From assembly GCA_963921275.4 (NCBI GenBank), contig OZ001293.3, forward strand, positions 5,856,001-5,920,000: a stretch of 64,000 nucleotides of DNA. The letters are read 5' to 3'. Below, in pieces: positions 59,733-64,000 of this stretch. Position 1 is the stretch's first letter; every line of letters begins with the position of its first letter. Made by a program: the position numbers and the translations under genes. This stretch comes from an uncultured Hormoscilla sp. (lineage in GTDB: Bacteria > Cyanobacteriota > Cyanobacteriia > Cyanobacteriales > Desertifilaceae). The notes under the pieces were generated by a model. That model ran no database searches and was not told the DNA's origin. It was given only the letters and a program-made list of their open reading frames with translations.

Positions 59733-60982
59733 TCATAACTTCTGTCCTACATAGATTGAGCGCAGTTGGCCATTTCTCCCCACGATCGCCTCTTGTTGTG
59801 AGATATTCACTAATGTCCAGCCACTCTCTCCAATATTGTCTCCCACTCGGAAGGAATGGGTCACTCCATCAATATCAAATAAGACCGTAGACCGATCGCC
59901 CAATTCTAGAATTCCTACCAGAGTCTGAGTAGCATTTGATGTCACTGGTGGCGGGTCGGGCGCCACTGGGGTAAGTAAGGATATGGGCGCGATCGCGGTT
60001 GGTCCGGACGGCAGCGGGACTATATTCGATAATGGGGGCGGGGGTGGTAGCACCGCTACATCCGATGATGAGGGAGGGGGATGTAGGGGTAGGGGAGATG
60101 GCTGCGATCGCGTCCAGCGCGCGATGCAGGCCGCAGGGGCTGAATATAGACTCTTTCCAGCACTGTCGGCAGCCAGTTAAGCCCTGAAAACTGCCTGTTG
60201 GTCGCTAATTCAGGAGAGATTTTATTAGTCTTAGCCGGAGGACCTGGCAGAGTCGCGACTTGTTGGCGCTGCCGTGCGTTTTGGTCGATCGCGTAGCGTG
60301 CGCGCAGCGCAATCGATGCCAGAGTTTGCTGCATATATTGCGCGAACCGGGCATCGGCATCGGCTTCGATCCGTGCCTGTATCTCTTCCCTGGACGGACC
60401 CACAACATCTCTACCCGATACAAACAAACTCTGCCACCCTTGCCCCTCTATTACTCCCGGTCTCGCCAGCCATAATAACAATGGTACCCCCAGGCAGGTC
60501 GAGACTAGCAGCAACAGTAGCTTCCTCACCGACCGATCGATGTCTCCGGAGACATCGCCTACTGGTTTTGCCGTTCTGCTTTCCGAGGTACTGCTGTTTT
60601 CCTCACCAGCGATCGGCCTGTCTATTGCGGATGTAGAAGTAACCCTTTCTATTTCCCCACTGCTTTTTATTTCCTCAGTCAACGCCGACTCTTCTGCTGG
60701 CGTCCTTTGTACAACTAGCGGTTCGACTTCCCTCACCGCAAGTGACTCTTGGGGGGAATGGGGCGCTAGTGGCAGGCCGATGGACTGCATATCCATCGGC
60801 TGCAAATATAGGTATTCTGGTTGTACTGGCTCTTTATGAAGGGCTGTGCCGCCATTTAGCACCCGATCGATGTCTTCAAATAGATCTTCCATCAACCGAT
60901 CGGCCTCTGCTTCCATCGACCAGGGTTCCAGGGGGAGGGCCAGTGTGGGCTTCTGGTGGTTATCGTTGGCATCTTCAAGCAT
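59733..60982 (-). pseudogene. conserved cyanobacterial Pro-rich membrane protein, frameshifted near 60150
   Basis: WSMEAEADRLMEDLF, TM segment, VLERVYI; C-terminus LVGILELGDRS..FDIDG in another frame. Confidence 0.65.
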
Positions 60983-61088
60983 AGATGACTTATTCTAGTC
61001 TAGGACTGCTGTCTATTGTATATTTTCGATAGCAGAAGATAATTCCCATACCAATCTGCCCTAGACTTTAGCATCTGACAACTGTCTT

Positions 61089-62996
61089 TCACGCCATTGC
61101 TAGCTGGCGAGAACGCATCTCCAGATACACCAGCAAAGCGTTAATATCAGCGGGGTTAACCCCACCCATGTGGGACGCTTGACCGATGGTGAGGGGTTTT
61201 ACCCGAGCCAGTTTTTCTCGGGACTCCTTCGAGAGTGTCTCTATTGCCATGTAATCTAGGTCTGCCGGTAGCTTCCGGTTCGCGGCCCTGACAATTTGGT
61301 CGATCTGATTTTGCTGACGCTGGATGTAACCTGCGTATTTGATGTCTATTTCTGCTACTTCTTTTTCCGCTAACACCAGTTGGGAGTTCCCCAGTCCATA
61401 GCGCTCTAGGTCATCGTAGTGGATGCCCGATCGCCTGAGCAACTCTGCCAGAGTAATAGAACCTTTGATTTTTTGTTGGGTATCGGCGGCTATTTTCTGC
61501 CCCACTGGATCCTGTTCTTTCAGCCGCGTTCCCTGTAAACGTTCCTTCTCGGCGGCTATCTTAGCATACTTGCTCGTAAATAACGAGTAGCGCCGATCGT
61601 CTATTAAACCCACGTCTCTTCCCCGAGGCGTCATCCGCAGATCCGCATTATCCGATCGCAGCAGCAAGCGATACTCTGAACGGGAAGTCAGCATCCGGTA
61701 GGGTTCCCGCAAATCTTTAGTACAGAGGTCGTCTATTAAAGTGCCAATATAACTGGTTTCTCGGGGGAAGACTAACATCTCTTGACCTCGGACCAACTGC
61801 ACCGCATTTATGCCCGCTACAATACCTTGGGCCGCCGCTTCTTCATAACCCGTGGTGCCGTTTATCTGTCCCGCACAGAATAACCCCGAAATCTTCTTAG
61901 TCATCAGAGTCGGATAGCACTGAGTTGCGGGCAGATAGTCATATTCTACTGCATAGGCGGGACGCAGCATGATGCAATTTTCCAAACCCGGCAGACTGCG
62001 CAGCAAATGCAACTGCAAATTTTCTGGCAACCCGGTGGAAAATCCCTGAATATAGAGTTCGGGAATATCTCTCCCTTCCGGTTCGATAAATATCTGATGG
62101 GACTGCTTATCAGCAAAACGGACTATTTTATCTTCAATGCTAGGACAATAGCGCGGTCCCTTAGCATCTACCCAACCCCCATAAACTGGAGACAAATGCA
62201 GATTTTCCCTAATTAAGCGATGAGTTTCGGCAGTCGTCCGGGTAATATAGCAGTGCATTTGTTCCCGTTCTACCCAGACTTCCGGGTCAAAGCTGAACCA
62301 CCGCACTTCGGGATCTCCCGGTTGGGGTTGTATCTTGCTGTAGTCAACAGAACACTTATCCACCCGGGCGGGCGTTCCTGTTTTCAGGCGTCCCGTTTCA
62401 AAACCTAATTGGTTGAGAGTTTCTGTCAGACCTACTGCTGCAAATTCTCCCGCCCGGCCTGCGACCATGGACTTATTTCCCACCCATATCTTACCACCCA
62501 GGAAGGTGCCCGTGGTCAGAATAACTGCCTGACATTGGAATGCCACCTCGAAGTATGTCTGGACCCCTATTATATCATCATTTGCACCCAGCACTAAGTC
62601 CGTGACCATTGCTTCGCGAACTGTCAAATTTGTTTGGTTCTCGACTATGCGCTTCATTACTGCTGAGTATTCCCGCTTGTCCGTTTGGGCCCGTAACGCC
62701 CAGACTGCTGGTCCCCGAGAAGAGTTCAGTACCCGCTTTTGCAGGTAGGTGCGATCGGCCATTTTGCCAATTTCCCCTCCCAGGGCATCCACCTCATGAG
62801 TAAGTTGAGATTTTGCGGGTGCGCCTACCGCTGGGTTACAGGGTTGCCAAGCTATTTTATCCAGGTTGAGTGTTAGTAGGAGGGTACGACAACCCAGGCG
62901 GGCGGAAGCGAGGGCCGCTTCGCAGCCTGCATGTCCCGCACCGACTACAATGATGTCAAAAGCGTCTTGGAATTCTACTGGCCCGTTCATGGTCAT
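61089..62996 (-). CDS. mnmG: tRNA uridine-34 carboxymethylaminomethyl modification enzyme
   Basis: [40 protein letters not shown]. Confidence 0.97.
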   Translation of the reverse strand: MTMNGPVEFQDAFDIIVVGAGHAGCEAALASARLGCRTLLLTLNLDKIAWQPCNPAVGAPAKSQLTHEVDALGGEIGKMADRTYLQKRVLNSSRGPAVWALRAQTDKREYSAVMKRIVENQTNLTVREAMVTDLVLGANDDIIGVQTYFEVAFQCQAVILTTGTFLGGKIWVGNKSMVAGRAGEFAAVGLTETLNQLGFETGRLKTGTPARVDKCSVDYSKIQPQPGDPEVRWFSFDPEVWVEREQMHCYITRTTAETHRLIRENLHLSPVYGGWVDAKGPRYCPSIEDKIVRFADKQSHQIFIEPEGRDIPELYIQGFSTGLPENLQLHLLRSLPGLENCIMLRPAYAVEYDYLPATQCYPTLMTKKISGLFCAGQINGTTGYEEAAAQGIVAGINAVQLVRGQEMLVFPRETSYIGTLIDDLCTKDLREPYRMLTSRSEYRLLLRSDNADLRMTPRGRDVGLIDDRRYSLFTSKYAKIAAEKERLQGTRLKEQDPVGQKIAADTQQKIKGSITLAELLRRSGIHYDDLERYGLGNSQLVLAEKEVAEIDIKYAGYIQRQQNQIDQIVRAANRKLPADLDYMAIETLSKESREKLARVKPLTIGQASHMGGVNPADINALLVYLEMRSRQLAMA

Positions 62997-63214
62997 TGGT
63001 AATCTTGATTATTATATTTCTCGTTCCCAGTCTCTGGCTGGGAACGGCCTATGGCTGCGCCACGCTGCGCGATGGGGAGGCTCTGCCTCCAGCTTTTATA
63101 ATTATAGCTGCTATAATTATATTCGTCCAGCAACCTCGCTCTGCCCGACAATCTGCCAAGGGCCGATCGGGGGACAGGTGCAGGTAAGATAAAAGGAAGT
63201 TGTTATGACAAAGA

Positions 63215-63598
63215 GGACCAGTCAGATGTGAAGCGCAAGCTACGAGCGGGAAAGATGGCCCAAGAAGCTAAAGCCTAGGGTAATGCCTAGGATACGCCGA
63301 CGTGGGTCGGTGATAGTAGGAAGTCTTGGGTAAAAGTAGCTCTAAACGCTATAAGCCCATCGCCAGAGGTGATGAGGAATGGGCGGTGTCTTCCGCATGC
63401 TCTTGTCCTGAAGGACAAGAGCATGCGGAAGACGCCGGGTGAAAAGGAGCCAAATTACATGAGACAAGGGACAAGGGGAGTAATCCCGAAGTTACCTGCC
63501 CATGACAAGGGCCTATTACCCAGTAGCCTCCTGCGGTAAAGAGAGTCCGGTTCCGCTCTTGGAGGGTCGGGAGGCGACAATGCGGCTCGGGCCCGACT
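63215..63598 (+). mobile_element. 5'-truncated relic of the ORF-less group II intron family
   Basis: Shares AAAGATGGCCCAAGAAGCTAA, GACGTGGGTCGGTGATAGTAGGAAGTCTT and ATGACAA..CCCAGTAGCC with the recJ intron; decayed domains V/VI ending CCCGACT. Confidence 0.8.
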
Positions 63599-63726
63599 TA
63601 TATATAGACAAAATCAAGGGTTTCAGCCTTTTTTATCGTTCCTAAATGTATGCCGAAATACATTTTACACTACAAACCCAGAAGAGCCCCTAATAGCATA
63701 GGTTTCCAGAACGGAGCACTGTCCAG

Positions 63727-63941
63727 CTGAGACAAAAATATCTCAAAATTATAGGTAATAACCCTCATGCCGAATCTAGCACAATCGATTAATGTATATT
63801 GTAGTCGAAGGACAGGTTCCTAGACCAAAATACTGAGACAAAAATATCTCAAAATCATAGGTAATAACTCTTATACCGAATCTAGCACAATCGATTAATG
63901 TATATTGTAGTCGAAGGACAGGTTCCTAGACCAAAATACTG
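63727..63941. repeat. 106-bp tandem duplication
   Basis: Units start at 63727 and 63833 (CTGAGACAAAAATATCTC...) with few substitutions. Confidence 0.85.
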
Positions 63942-64000
63942 GAACTAGGAAAGAATCCCTGTCTCAGCGATGTAAGAGAAAGAGGAGTAGTACCCCCTAT

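Overview
Chromosomal window of a cyanobacterium: the HIP1 octamer GCGATCGC is frequent, and psb30, hli, rpaA and a cpcT-like gene are present. It is probably a filamentous Oscillatoriales-type genome undergoing erosion; the taxon is inferred only. Intact housekeeping genes (cobM, lgt, rlmN, rpaA, hemC, glgA, ligA, mnmG) are interspersed with many pseudogenes, IS remnants (IS5 x2 plus a relic, IS982, IS1, IS4, IS630, ISL3, ISKra4-like), MITEs and REP-like repeats. The dominant unusual signal is seven group II intron copies in about 39 kb. Only one (26626-28998) encodes an RT/maturase/HNH protein; a close ORF-less derivative of it sits antisense inside a YkgJ gene. A second, entirely ORF-less family has five copies. 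One interrupts an otherwise intact recJ, one interrupts a UvrD-like helicase pseudogene, two form a twintron in pstA (the inner one carrying an IS4 element), and one is a relic near the window end. Each of the four 5'-intact copies has a different EBS1 that pairs with its own upstream flank. A second layer of mobile DNA consists of 18-24 nt palindromic and short dispersed elements that insert into genes and into each other.
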